A program made the translations under genes and the position numbers. Below are positions 11,490-24,559 of a stretch of 64,000 nt of DNA, piece by piece. The DNA comes from Lama glama (lineage: Eukaryota). The stretch lies in NCBI GenBank assembly GCA_028534125.1, contig CM052817.1:42472001-42536000 (forward strand), read 5' to 3'. Each line of letters starts with the position of its first letter. The stretch's first letter is position 1. The notes under the pieces were generated by a model. It did not search any database, was not told the DNA's origin, and saw nothing but the letters and a program-made list of their open reading frames with translations.

Positions 11490-12332
11490 CTCTGGTAATT
11501 GCATACGTCTTAACTTTGCCGTGACCTTGAGGTAGACAAAGTGTACTTCCCTCACCCTTAGCCACATGACTTGCTTTGGTCAAAAAGATGTGAGCAGATG
11601 TGACATAAGCAGAGGACTGAGTTGTGCTTGTGTTTGGCCATATCTCATACACGTCTGCAGTCGCAGGAGAAGAACTGGCCTGGACAGCTAATGCAGTGTC
11701 AGTCTGGGCCCCAGAATTCTCACACAGGGAGAAGCCCTGAGTCTGACCTGCAGCAGAGAATGGAGAAGACTCAGATCCAACCCATGGCTTGGAGCCAAGA
11801 CCAGCCGAGCCCAGCCTTGTCAGCCAAGCCCAAGCTGACCTACAAACACACAAAAGAGACAAGATGATTGTTATTTTAAGCCACTGAATTTTGTGGAATG
11901 ATTTGGTAAGAGATATTACTGCGGCAATACTGATGAATGCAGAAAATTGTATCTACAAGTCAGTTGCTGCCATAACAAATACTTGAAATATGTGGCATTG
12001 GCTTTGGGATAAAGTGGCAGAGAGCAAAGAAACTTTGATGAGAGTCTAGAAAAATGTTATTTGGTGTCAAAACATTTGGCAAAACAGTCACCTGTGAGAA
12101 CTCCAAAGAAAGAAAAGAGGTATCTATTGAACTCCCATCTTTGGAGAAGATTTCAAGCCAGAACCATGCAAATGTGCTGATTGTTACCAAATGCATTTGA
12201 TAAGTTCCTACAATACTGAAATGAGCTCAGAAAAGAACTCACTGATGAGCAGGAATAAATGATCGTTTTCAGCCACTGAGTTTTGGGGTGCTTCATTATA
12301 AAGCACTATTGTGGCAACAGTTGACAGATAAA
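11490..12332 (+). mobile_element. MLT1 MaLR LTR plus internal-region remnant and second LTR end
   Basis: gccacatgacttgctttggtc..., ttttaagccactgaattttg, then int-like gctgccataacaaatacttgaaatatgtggcattggctttggg, then a second tcagccactgagttttggggtg end. Confidence 0.65.
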
Positions 12333-12834
12333 GTACCTAAAATCTACATTAGTTTTAACCCAACATCCCTATGGTCTTCTTTCCTTATATAAGTATTGGC
12401 CCATCTCCATGGATGTTATGAGGAATACAAAAAAAGAATTATTCTGCTTACAGAATTATTGGTATTTGTGGGTAAACTTTATTTTCAGATGAAGTAATTT
12501 TAAATGTTATATTTAATGAAAAGAATGTTAGTAATTTTAGAGATCAGTAATTTTATAAATACAAATATATATTACATATATATTTTTAAATGGGCTCTAG
12601 CATTCTTACTTGAAGACATTTTAAATATTGAAGGGTTGATGAAAACTCTGAAAAATTAATAACTAAATTATGTTATACTTATTAGTTTTGCCTGTCAGTA
12701 AGAGAATAATAAATATTCTTCTATTTATTTTACTTGCTGGTGAATGCACCGCTGACCAATTGAAGGCATATCTGAGTTAAACTGAACCAAAATGGCCAGT
12801 GTGATTACTTTGATTTAAATTACAACTGATGTCT

Positions 12835-12971
12835 TTTTGTTGCTGTTGCTGTTTTTTGGGTGGAGGTAGTTAGGCCTATTTATTTATTTATTTAAATGGA
12901 GGCACTGGGCATTGAACCCAGGACCTCATGCATGCTAGGCATGTACCCTAGCACTGTGCTATACCTTCCCC
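12835..12971 (-). mobile_element. tRNA-derived SINE, Vic-1-like
   Basis: tggaggcactgggcattgaacccaggacctcatgcatgctaggc...tgtgctataccttcccc with T-rich tail. Confidence 0.8.
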
Positions 12972-13175
12972 TTGGAGTCTTAATTCTAGAAGAGACCACA
13001 TCAATTCTAGCCCAGTACAAGCCAATAAGGTTGCAGTGCCAGGGTTAATGTTTATGCCTGTGTCCTGGCTCAGTACATTAACCCCAAATGAAGACCAACT
13101 AAAAGCAGTCTAAACATGAGATGGGCTGCCAGAGGAGACTGTCAGCATTATAGCAACTTGTGCATATTTATTCAC

Positions 13176-13304
13176 CTCAGTTGTCTGATTGAGAAGGTGT
13201 GTCTATATCCACAAAGGGCAAATACTTGGCACACAGTGAAACCATACACTTGTAATATAATGAGAAAATAAACATGATTATTATGTGGCCAAGAAGTTCA
13301 TTAT
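13176..13304 (-). pseudogene. Decayed exon (129 nt), USP His-box-like
   Basis: ttgttgtttctctcag acceptor, GAG|GTGAAT donor. Reads (Y)NELLGHIII, then after a frameshift FSHYITSVWFHCVPSICPLWI*. Confidence 0.6.
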
Positions 13305-14460
13305 CTGAGAGAAACAACAACAAAGTCCACACCTTGTATTTACTTCGGGAAATTTTGTGCACTATCCCAATCCATTTTTTACACTCCCTTCCTTTGGTAG
13401 TCCAACCAGAAAGAAAAATAAAAGTCCAACATGGACACAAACCAGAAAAGGAGAGAAAATCCCTCACTGTTATAGGAATCCACAAAGTAAAGTTCAAATT
13501 TCAATTGTGTCAAACATTACAAGTTTAATATAAATATTTTAAAATATTTGCTCAGTGTCTACATTCAAACATACCCAGAAAACTCATCCAGTAAAATCGA
13601 TTTCTTATTCTTCAGTGAGCTTTCCAGTCTGAGTCACAAACCTCATAAGAGGGACACCTTACCACAGGCCACAGATTTCTTTCTTTATTTCTTTTGTAAC
13701 TGGGAAAAAATAGTCTGTTTCCATTGCTTAACTTGCAATTTTATTCCCTATGCCAAACCAGACCTTTGGCTGTCCTTTCCTTAAAAATATACGCTTTCCT
13801 AGTATCAAGGACTTCTAAAATTTTTCCACAAGAAGAGGTTTATTTCTTTTTCTTAGTAATTTTTGTTTTGTTTGCTAGAAATGAAATATAAAGAAACATA
13901 CTATTTTTAAAACCTCACTTTAATTTGTTGGGTGATGATGGAGCTAAAATATGTGCCATTAATATGGAGCAATCAAAATATTAAAGCCAAGGTTATCTGC
14001 ATCCAACCAATGTGATGAGACCCACTGGGTATGGAATTCTGGGCTTCACTTGCCCTGGGAGTTCAAAGGCTATAGCAGCAAGCTATTAGCATATTTCCCA
14101 CAGACAGAGCAGTGGAATGACTGAATATTTAACCAGTGCCAAAACATCACATTGCACCTACTCTGCTTGAGAATTGAACCTGTCAGCTCCTAAATTGTGT
14201 GCATTTTCAAGCAGTTAGCACAGTTTACTGTCTGAAAACCATCACATCACCCCCATTCTTAAAGCCAATTGTTTCATAAATGTTAAGTTAAAGGATAATA
14301 TTATACTTCCAACCATATTTGGCAGACAGGGATCATGTGTTCCATGTATGTTTTATCACTGACTCAAGAGGGAAGTGCAGAGAGAGGCGTCGGAACCACT
14401 ACTCATTTTGGGGGGCATGTAAGAGTGGGTTTTTCAAGTAAATGAATTAAAAAAACTCAC

Positions 14461-14571
14461 ACTCCACTTTTGGGACAATCTGATGTCAACCCAAAAGAAA
14501 CTGGTCAAGTTTCTATGGTATTTCACATCTGCAAGGCACAGTGTTACTTCCATCAGCTGTCAATGTTGCTA
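14461..14571 (-). pseudogene. Decayed exon (111 nt, phase 1-1)
   Basis: tcttaattttag acceptor, GTGAGT donor. Reads ATLTADGSNTVPCRCEIP*KLDQFLLG*HQIVPKVE. Confidence 0.6.
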
Positions 14572-15469
14572 CTAAAATTAAGACCAGGAACTCCACAGTT
14601 TAAGCAACTTAAGTGGGTTTGGAAATTACATTTGCTCATGCTCTCTTTATAACGTTAAGGTTTTGGTGAGTATAGTATGTGGAAGGAGCTCATTGTGGGA
14701 TTTATTTCTACATATTTAGCAGCAGCCAAGTTCAAGGGGTATGATGTCGGTTTGAGATTTCTCAATTCTACCTCACTGGGTTGGAATGCCCTGCCCCAGT
14801 TTGGCCCAGAGATGCTATTTCCTCTGGACTGGAGTTATAAAGAAAGCAATTTAAAATGCATAAACACAGTGCCTGAGCCATGCCATATATTCACCACCCA
14901 GCAGGGCATCATGCTAAGAGCTGCCTCACTTCCTAACTGTTCAACTGAAGGCCTCACTCCCTTCCCAACGATTAATATTCATGTGAATTTGTACCAGAGG
15001 GTTCAGGCAGAATGAAAAGCAACATATTGGAACATCACAGAATTAACCTGAAATTTCTAAGCCCAAATTTCCCCCAGAATATGCTTTACAAAATGAAGAA
15101 TCAGTGATTTTTATTTTATCACTATTTTTGATGCAGTAAAAAAAAATAGAGAGTTAGATATCAGAAAGCCTGAGTTTTAGCTTTGGCTCAGACACCAAAT
15201 AATTAGATAATTCAACCAATGTTTCTAGTTATGTTCACGATACGCTTGTCACAGTGGTAACTGCCAGAGCACAGAGGAAATTCATAGCCTTTGCTCTTAC
15301 AAAGTCCACAGTTTGGCGGTAGGAACTAAACAGATACTTTATTTTAGTAAGTGAGAACTTCGCCAGTCTACAGATGCTATCAGCAGACTGGAAGGATTAA
15401 AGTAGCTGATTTTTTAGCTGTGATTTTATGATTTGGTACTAAAAATATACCCACAAGTCAAGTATTTTC

Positions 15470-15670
15470 AAAATGTACAACGTATCAAGCACCATGCTTT
15501 GCACTTTGCATGTGTATTGTCCCTTAATTCCCACAAGAACACAAAGAAGCCGGCTGGCTACCACTGTGGAGGTGTTATGCAACTGGCCTAAGGTCACACA
15601 GCTGGTTAGCGGCAGACTCAGCATGGGGACCCCGGTCTGCCTGTCTCCAAAGGCCACGCTCTTACAACTG
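15470..15670 (-). mobile_element. MIR SINE fragment
   Basis: aactggcctaaggtcacacagctggttagcggcagactcagcatggggaccccggtctg core. Confidence 0.6.
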
Positions 15671-16351
15671 ATATAAACCACCTCAAAATAAGAATATACT
15701 AAGACTGTCCATCAGGGATGAGATTATGGTGGAATTACAGCCTACAAGATAAAAAGTCATGACACATTTTCATGGCGGAACTGCTGTGTTGAGGGGAAGA
15801 TTGAGCGGAATCATTTCTGGATCACATCTGTTTTGAGATTAAGTACAGATACGTACTGTTATAGTTCATAATTTATATTTTTCTTATTAAATAATAATCA
15901 AGAGGAGAACGTGAGCTGGGATGTGGTGGCTGGGAATCATAAAACATGTTATTTGTCTGCATACACTTCCTGTTGGCTGGCTGAAGTAGAAAGCACTTCA
16001 CAATCCGCAGAGGCAGCAGCATGGTGTTCTGGAAAGAGCCTGGCCCCGGGAACCCAGCTCTTGCCAACGACTCTGCATGACGTTGGGAACTTGTTTCCTT
16101 TCACTGGGATTCAGTGCTCCTATCTGTTAAATGAGGACAATGGATCTGGTTCAGCTTTTAGCTTCTGTGGCAGTTTCCAAAGGAATTAAGCCCCATGAAA
16201 TTGATGGTCTGACTTTAGAAGTAGAAAGCCTGACGTCCACCAAATACATACATTGATTGGCCCTTGGCCTCTGTTTCCTATTGGAAACACTTTTCCTTTC
16301 TCTAACCCTCACCTGAACACACACATACATACACTTGTTCCTCCTTCTCTT

Positions 16352-16380
16352 CCTCTCTCTGTCTCTCTCTCTCTCTCTCT
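16352..16380. repeat. (CT)n microsatellite
   Basis: ctctctctgtctctctctctctctctct. Confidence 0.9.
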
Positions 16381-17732
16381 TTCCATGGGTCTCTTTGTGT
16401 CTGTCTCTTACCTGGCTAAACACTAATCATTTTTTTCAGGTCTTCACTTGGAAATCACTGTTTGGGAAGCTCTCACTGTTTCCCAAAGTCTCAGTTATGT
16501 GTCTTCCTACCAACATCTATAAAAGTACTCTGTACTTCCTCTGTCCCTGAGTTTATGTGAGGGTTAGATTATATATAACATGTACAGCGCTTGGCAATAT
16601 GCTTGGCACATGAAAGTACCCAAGAGCTAACCTCATCATCACCACCATTATAATGATTATTAAACTTATGACACCTGTTTTTTAATTAGCCTCTTTGATC
16701 CTCTGTGTCACCTACTAAGCGTTAGCTTTGAGAGGGCAAGGACCCTAACAGTCTGACTTGTTGCATCACCAGCAGCTTAGCACTGTGAATAACAAGAGGA
16801 GGTAATATGTCCTAATTAATTAATATTAAGTAACACACAATTTGCATAAGGAGACTTTCACTCATGCAACACAGCAAGTCGAGCCTTTGAGCACATTCTA
16901 GTGGAACAGACTGAAACATGCGATTTAATTTAGAATAACTTGTTATAAGCGCTGTAATAAAGTTTTGAATTAAGTTTTATGGAGACATAGAAAAAGAAGT
17001 AATTGACTCTGCCTGGGGGGCGAGGTACACAAAACTTATGTTGAGCTTTGAAGAACCAGGGTGATTTAACAGCAGAGATGTGAAGGAGGGATTATTTCAC
17101 AGAGGGAAAAAATGGTATAAATAAAAACATAAAGTGGGAGACTCCATTATGTGTTTGCACCACTGACTTTTTCGATCCCTGGGATAGTGCAGTGGAGGGT
17201 AAGGAATAAGTTTATTAGAGAGTAAAGAGAGATGAGGATGGGAAGAAGGAGGGAGGTTAAGACTTTTAAGGGTCTTAAATGTCATGCTTGCATACAGTAA
17301 TATGAAGCTTTCAAAAAGCTTTTCCTCATCTCTTAGTCACTGCTCAACCCCCTGCAATCTGTATGTTGTATCTTATTGAAAATCTAGGTAAGCATTCACC
17401 TAAACTATTACATTGGGATGATGGTTTGACTTTTCCCTTTTCCTCTTGTCCACCCTCCACCCTCGTTCAGCCAAGGGCCAGTCCTCTTAATGCTACCTCT
17501 GAAGCACCTCTCAAATTCAGAATGTCATGTCCATTCTTCCCCCACTGGCCAAATTCAGGTCATTAAACTGCTGTCTACCTGATCTTCTACTCACATCATC
17601 TCCTAAATACCCTTCACACTGTGGCCATTTACTTCTGAAACATTGACCATCGATCTGACCCATTAAGCTTCTCCTCTAAACTTTACCTTTAATCTGCCAG
17701 AACCACTGTTTATTCTCCCTTTAATGTGTTGT

Positions 17733-17827
17733 GTGCTGACTTCAGTAGCACATAGACTAAAATTGGAATGATACAGGGAGGATCAGCATGGCCCCTGGGC
17801 AAGGATGACACAAATGTGTGAAGCATT
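17733..17827 (+). pseudogene. RNU6-like: U6 snRNA retropseudogene
   Basis: gtgctgacttcagtagcacatagactaaaattggaatgatacagggaggatcagcatggcccctgggcaaggatgacac aligns to U6 with multiple substitutions. Lacks the 3' CCATATTTT and is followed by A-rich sequence. Confidence 0.92.
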
Positions 17828-18959
17828 AAAATAATAATATTTTGTAAGAAGAAAGTATTTTAGCAACACTCCACACGTTAAAAGGTTCCACATTTTCCTT
17901 TTAGACTACTCTATTATGAGTTTGATCAATGAGGTCACAATCAGTGGCTAAATTATCACAGATCTGGTGAATAAAATCAACTTTCTATGAAAAATATTTT
18001 AAAGGTTTAAATGAACAATATATAACAAATATACTCAAAAATATAATTTGCTATTAAAGAGTTCCTAGTCTCCAGGTTATAAATCAATATTCCTTTAATC
18101 TATTTACATAATCCTTTTGTTATTATAGAAAGCTCTTTTCCTAGCGAAGCAAGTTGGAAATTCACTTTCTAAAAAGATCCAAAATAAATATTAATTATTT
18201 CACTAAAGGTTGCAAAATTGTGATTTTCTCATTTACCCTTTCATTAACGTCTTTCAGTGAGACTTCTTCAAAACAACTTTTCCTCACTAGCCAGGGCTAT
18301 TTGGTCATCTTCAAATTTAGTTCATAAAGGAAGAGCAAGATAAATTTTTATTCTTAGTTTTTTGCTTTTAAATAAAGTGTTAATGAACTGCGTTTTGGTT
18401 TGTTGGTTCTCCCTCTCATAAATTATGTGTCATGAACTTAGGGATTCTTACATAATGAGTATGTTCCAATAAATTGTACTCATTATTCTTTTTGATACTC
18501 AAATCTTGCCATCTTTGGCTATTCAGTTCCTCTTAACTTTAGTGTCTATGGCCTTTCAACATAACTCATATTCTTTTATAGCTTGCATTTTGACCTCTGA
18601 AAAACATCAGATTAATCTTTTTTTGTGTGTATATATATATATATTTATCATTATTGAAATGTAGTCTTATAAAGCCTGCCTCAGACTTAGAAACACTCAC
18701 TTTTCAGGTGCTTTTGTTGAAATATAATAAATACAAACTATAATCCAGGTAATATACTCATGGCTTTTAAGTTATGATTACTTTTCAGTGGATAAAAGTA
18801 GGGAATCAGGCATTTTTTTTTTCTGGTCAATTCATGCAAATACTTCCAATTCAAGTTTAATTATAAGATTTTTTTAACTTATCTTTGCTTTCATGCCTAT
18901 CTTTCCTTTTACTCTAAAAACTTTTTGTTCCTAACTATATTAACATAATTGCTTTCATA

Positions 18960-19530
18960 GCCCTGATTGTCTACAAAACAGAGTCTCAGGCAGATTAATT
19001 GTTAAGGCTTTACTGGAAGGCAAACCTAAGGCATGTAGGGTGAGGGTGAAAGAGAGCTGAGGCAGTAGAAGCAGCTCAGTCATGTAGGACAGCTTCCCAT
19101 CAGGCTTTCAGAAACCACTGTACCTCACTCAGAACAGCCCTTAGCAGGGAAGAAAGTGAGAGAAATTAATTTTGATGTGCCCTCCTAGCTCGTTGTCAAA
19201 GTTTGCCCCATGAGTTGTTAGTGGACCTGAACTTTCATGTGTGTTGCCTGGACCTTTCTAGGAAGCCACTGAGGACACCAAATGCCACACTCTATGAGGC
19301 CCTGTATCATCTGAGTCACAAGGAATGAGGGAAGCTGGAGTGTCTTTGGGTCTGGTTAGGTCAGGTCGAGCATTAGGGCTGATGCTCCTGGTTCAGCAGT
19401 CAAGGTGAAGGTCAAGCCCTCACCCAGAGGAGTCCAGGCCAGTCAGGCAGCACTTGGAGATGAGGCAGCAGCAGCTGGGTGCGCTCTCTTGAACAAGCAG
19501 TCAGGGGCCAATGAGTCTGCTCTGGTATGT
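18960..19530. mobile_element. Ancient ERVL-type LTR fragment (tentative)
   Basis: GC-richer block starting aaaacagagtctcaggcagattaattgttaaggctttactggaagg, reminiscent of LTR16/33-type ends. Confidence 0.3.
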
Positions 19531-20085
19531 TTTCACATTAACACTGAATCTAAACTTTAAGCCAAACTATATAGTTTCATTAAAAAATGAATGAAAGAAA
19601 ATTAATACTATTCCTCATCTTACTTTTAAGAATTATCTGCAGAAGTCCCTAAATTAGGTCCTATATAATTTCTTATTTGCATTATTCTCACACACACAGA
19701 TATGACAGATACTTTAAAATTAATGTCAATAATATTTCTAACAATTAGATTAATGAATAAAATACAAGGCTTTTTGTAGTTCAATTTTTCTTAAGAATAT
19801 ATTCCATCAAGGATATATGGTCAAAATGCTGAGTGTAAAAGTCAATTACAATATTAGCTCTGTGTGTTTGTGTCATTAACCTGATATATAGTTGAGTGAT
19901 TCATTTCAGTTCCATTCAGCTTTTTAGGATTAGATATATGTATACATTTAACTTTAGGGTAATTTTCTTTTTTGAGTATGAAAATTACATATGTTCTAAA
20001 GGTGAAAAATTTTTAAAAGATATATTTAAAGAAGTCCTATTTTTTAAGTTAACTGCCTTCTTTACCTTATATCTCTTTCCAACTT

Positions 20086-20904
20086 GTTTTTTTATTGAAG
20101 TATAGTCAGTTTACAATGTTGTGTCAATTTCTGGCGTACAGCATGTTTCGGTCATATATTTACATACATATATTCATTTTCATTTTAGGTTACTACAAGA
20201 TATTGAAAATGTAGTTCCCTGTGCTATACAGTAGAGACTTCTTGTTTATCTATTTTATATATAGTAGTTAGTATCTGCAAATCTTGAACTCCCTATTTAT
20301 CCCTTTCCATCCCCTTTCCCCCCGATAACCATGTTTGTTTTCTATGTCTGTGAGTCTGTTTGTTTTGTAAACAAGTTCATCTATGTCTTTTTTCAAATTC
20401 CACATATAAGTGATATCATATGGTATATTTTTTCTCTTTCTGGCTTACTTGACTTAGAATGATGATCTCCAGGTCCATCTATGGTGCTGCAAATGACATT
20501 ATTTTATTCTTTTTTATGGCTGAGTGGTATTTCATTGTACAAATATACCACAGCTTTATTATCCAGTCATCTCAATGGACATTTAGGCTGTTTCTATGTC
20601 TTGGCTATTGCACATAGTGCTGCTATGAACACTGGGGTGCATGTATCTTTTAAAATTAGAGATCCCTTCAGATATATGCCCAGGAGTGGGATTGCTGGAT
20701 CATACAGTAAGTCTATTTTTATTTTTTGGAGGACTCTCCATATTGTTTTCCACAATGGCTGCACCAAACAACATTCCCATCAGCAGTGTAGGAGGGTTAC
20801 CTTTTCTCTACACCCTTTCCAACATTTATTGTTCATGGAATTTTTAGTGACAGCCATTCTGACTGGTGAGACACCTCACTGTAGTTCTGGTTTGCATTTC
20901 TCTA
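20086..20904 (-). mobile_element. L1 3' fragment (ORF2 end + 3'UTR)
   Basis: ttttttattgaagtatagtcagtttacaatgttgtg...gccaggagtgggattgctggatc...gccattctgactggtgag; classical L1 antisense. Confidence 0.9.
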
Positions 20905-23011
20905 CAGCCTTTGGAATTTATTTTACATGAATTTTTTTTCAGCCAAAGCCCTGAAAGCTTTCTCCTACCTCACACAGCAGATAAGAAGAAGGTCTCTTCT
21001 TTGGAACCATCCAAGGGCAGGCATGTCTTTCCTATAATTGACATCATCTCTGTCCTGAGTGGCTTCACCATGGGCTTGTTTAGTCTTCACACACAGCCTT
21101 GGCTCTCCTAGGCTTCAGACTTTTTTATCAGAGCAGAATAAAGGAAAAAAATTAGGGCATACAGTGCATTGACATATCAGACGGCACAAAGTACTATGGT
21201 TAGCTTTTTTAAATCAGGGGAAAAAAGTGACTTCTCCATTGTCTCTTAACTCTAGTTCTTTCTAAATGTTATCACATCATTTCCTGAACACAGATTTTTA
21301 AGCAAAGCCCTATGGTTCCACTATAAGATGACTGAAAGAAATATTAGTGTTATTCATCTTTTTTGTTTTTCTCATTGTCAAAATGTGGCCACAACTTATT
21401 TTGGCAAGACATTGAAGACCGGAAAGTTTTATTAATGGCACAGATAATCTGGAGTTGACCATATTTTACCATTTTTCACATAATTTTACCATTATTTATA
21501 CACTAGCCCTATTAACCTAACTTTACCTTAGGACATCTCCAAACATTAAACTTGCTAATATGTTTTGTTAATATCAAAGAGGGTCTAGAGTGAGAATTGA
21601 AGAGGTGTTTTTTTGGAATGCCTGCTCATGGTTTTCCATGATCCCTTACATGAGGAAACATTGATCTAAACTTCTGCTCTCTCTCCATGTTCCTTTACGA
21701 GCTCCTTTCCACAGAAGAGGAGGGGATCACATATGATTTGTCAGACAAGACAATCACTGAGCCATGTTTTCAAATGAGAAGGCTTACTGTGACTTAAAGA
21801 CAGGATCCTGGCCTCCTCACCTGATTTACCACCCTCTGGCCTCTATGCAGGCTAGGTCAGCCTCTTTGCCCTCTGTTCAGGTTCTTCTGCCTGAGATTAG
21901 GTAAACACAGCACCTGACTGGTTAGAGAAGGTGGCCAGGTAGCAGTCCCAGGGGAGCTATATGAGGAGGCAGAAGACTCCTGAGGCCTTTCTCCAAAGCA
22001 GACATCTTGGTCAGGTGTCAGAACCTTACCCTTGTATTAATAGTGAATCAGTATTTTGTATACCATTTAATGTTTTCCTTCTGTCTTTAAAACTCAGCAA
22101 AGAGAAGTAAGTATATTAAAAGGTGTATTTGAGCATGAGCACTTGACAATGAAAACTCCACAGTGGCATCCGTGTGTCCACAGAACACCTCCCTTCACTC
22201 CACCATCACCACAGATCACCCATTAACCTCATTTTAGATTCTACAGACCCACAGGCTCAGATCAGTGAACAGCACAGATTCTGGAGCTGGACTGGCTGAG
22301 TTCAGAACCCTTAATCTCTACTTACCAAACTGTGTGATCCTGGGCATCAGTTACCTTGTCAACCAATGGCAATATTAATAATATAATTTTAATAGCATGA
22401 AAATATAATATAAAATATCATATTATTATAATTACATAGTAATGATACAATTACAATGATAAAAATCCTATGTAGTAAGACTTAAAGAATATGAATATAT
22501 ATATATTATATACCTACAACATATACATCTCATACATATCATCTATATAAAACTGTGTCTAGCTTATGAATTGGAAGTTCTGGTTTAATGTTTTCACTAT
22601 ATTGTTTTTATAAACTTTATAATTTATTCCATGGTAGTTGCAAGAAGGCACATAGTACTATCTCAAAGATATAACTGAAAAAACTTAAAAACATGTATGT
22701 TAATGTGAATATTTGGTAATACTATAACAATGGAATAATGTGAGTAAAATCAAACAGTTAAAAATACTTTGTGAATGAGGAGAGACAATTAAATGCAAAA
22801 TAAAATAGATACTATTTGATCGGTGATGGTTTAAATGCAGATGCATTTAAAAGTAGGAAGTTAAGCTCTAGAGACCCTTAGCAAGGCTGTAATTCCATAA
22901 TACAAAAAGAAATGTTCCCAGTTTTGAGACTTATGCATGCACATTTTCTATTAAGATATACATACAGAAAGTTAGGTAGGCATACATTGTAATTCAGATT
23001 TGCCTACTTAC

Positions 23012-23303
23012 AGATGGTAACATTCTGTGCAATAATAATGCTCTCAAACCATTTGCAAATTTGTCCAGCAACAACTCTGCCTTTAATGATGAAGTTTCCA
23101 CAGTGGCAGATGGCAGAGTGAGCAGTGAAGGATGCTGCCGACCCACCAGGGTTATGTCTGTCACTAAAGCGATCTGGCTCCAAAAGCCAAAGTCTGTTGA
23201 GGTCACACTGATTATTGCTCCATTGGAATGACTTGATTGATCACATTTGTGGTTATTTCATAAATGATGACCTTTTAGAAGGGGTCCTGGCAGTTTCTTC
23301 CTG
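23012..23303 (-). pseudogene. Decayed exon (292 nt, phase 0-1), Cys-box-like
   Basis: cactttcctacag acceptor, perfect GTAAGT donor. Reads QEETARTPSKRSSFMK*PQM*SIKSFQWSNNQCDLNRLWLLEP...GQICKWFESIIIAQNVTI. Confidence 0.7.
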
Positions 23304-24126
23304 CTGTAGGAAAGTGATATAGAGAAACAGTGTCTGCAGTCTATCGACATATTATAGAAACAAAGGGGTAATTTATGAAAATTAAAAAAAAAATGTATTC
23401 ACTGATGTTGCTGTTCTTTGTGTCTGAATGGTTAGTCTGCAGAAATAGCACAATACTACTTTTAATATCCATGTCACATTTAGGAAAAGAAAAGGGAAAT
23501 GGAACAAGACAAGAAAATATATTAATGAACTAAAAAAACCCAGCAAGGATTATTTTTCTAATGGGAGGATATAAATATAAATTGAGATCCAGTTATTCTC
23601 TAAGCACCTAAAATTGGCAGATAGTGCAGATAAAAGAAAGTAAATAAGTAAAACTTCAGGGTCCAAATGAACCCTTGGAATACTATGAAGAAAATGATAT
23701 ATTATTCCATGGGAAGTTTAACATAATATACTACTAATGAAGTATATTGTATTGAAATTGCCAAGTTCATTTATGGTGTCATATTGTTGGACTGATTTAT
23801 CCATGGTGAGTGAGTGTACCTTTAAAAACTGAATTTACTATCAGAACATGCCTTAGGTACTGGAAGGAACAAAGTACATCCCTCTTCCTTATATACTGAA
23901 CAGTAACATAGAAAAATTACAGAAAAATAATAATTCCCTCATGTCACTGACTAAAATAAGCAGCATAGCTCTTGTGAATAAAGTTGATCATTAATAGTAA
24001 TAACAAAATAATCCTTTATGATTACTTGCTCTATTCTGAAACTTCTAAGTACTTCACATACATTATCTCTCTTCAATCTTTTTGACAACCATGGGACTGA
24101 CTTACAGATTCCACAAAGAGCCAAGA

Positions 24127-24546
24127 CAGTGACGTGCTGAACCAGTGAGAGCTGCTTGTTAAATTTTCAGGGAATTTGCAAGCTATTGTTACACATGACC
24201 ATTATTAAAAATTAAATTACATAAACTTACAATGACACAAATTATATTAAAAATAAAGTTATAATTACTCAAGACTGATCTCATCCTAATTATCATTACA
24301 TTTCACTATTAACTGTTCTTAAGGTTTTTTACATGTATTGCTCATGCGCATATACGTATGGAATACTACACAATGGTGTGCTACTATGCATTTTTTCCCA
24401 ACTCTGTTCAATGATGCTATGCTGTAAGGGTAGCCTGAAATCAGCCTCAGTGCAAGTATTCATACTATGGAAATTGGCAAATGCTGTAAATCAGGGGTCT
24501 CCTGCTCCAAGGGGCCATTGTTAAAAATATATACTAGTGCACTACT
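24127..24546 (+). mobile_element. hAT-Blackjack element, MER63-like
   Basis: cagtgacgtgctg...ttgttaaattttcagggaatttgcaag...ggaaattggcaaatgctgtaaatcaggg...cactact. Confidence 0.65.
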
Positions 24547-24559
24547 ATGTGAGACATGT

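Noticed and set aside
13332..13405. Separate small exon ending AAG|GTGTGG
   Set aside because: It would leave an intron of under 30 nt before the 13304 acceptor, and it has no AG acceptor.
20481..20930. Longest ORF in the track (149 aa)
   Set aside because: Antisense reading of an L1 3' fragment.
183..23303. PAN2 (UCH-like domain followed by DEDD nuclease) as the identity of the pseudogene
   Set aside because: The sequences do not resemble PAN2 as I recall it (ExoI of the GLDAEFV type), no WD40 region is evident, and PAN2 is a conserved functional gene. Only the domain adjacency is similar.
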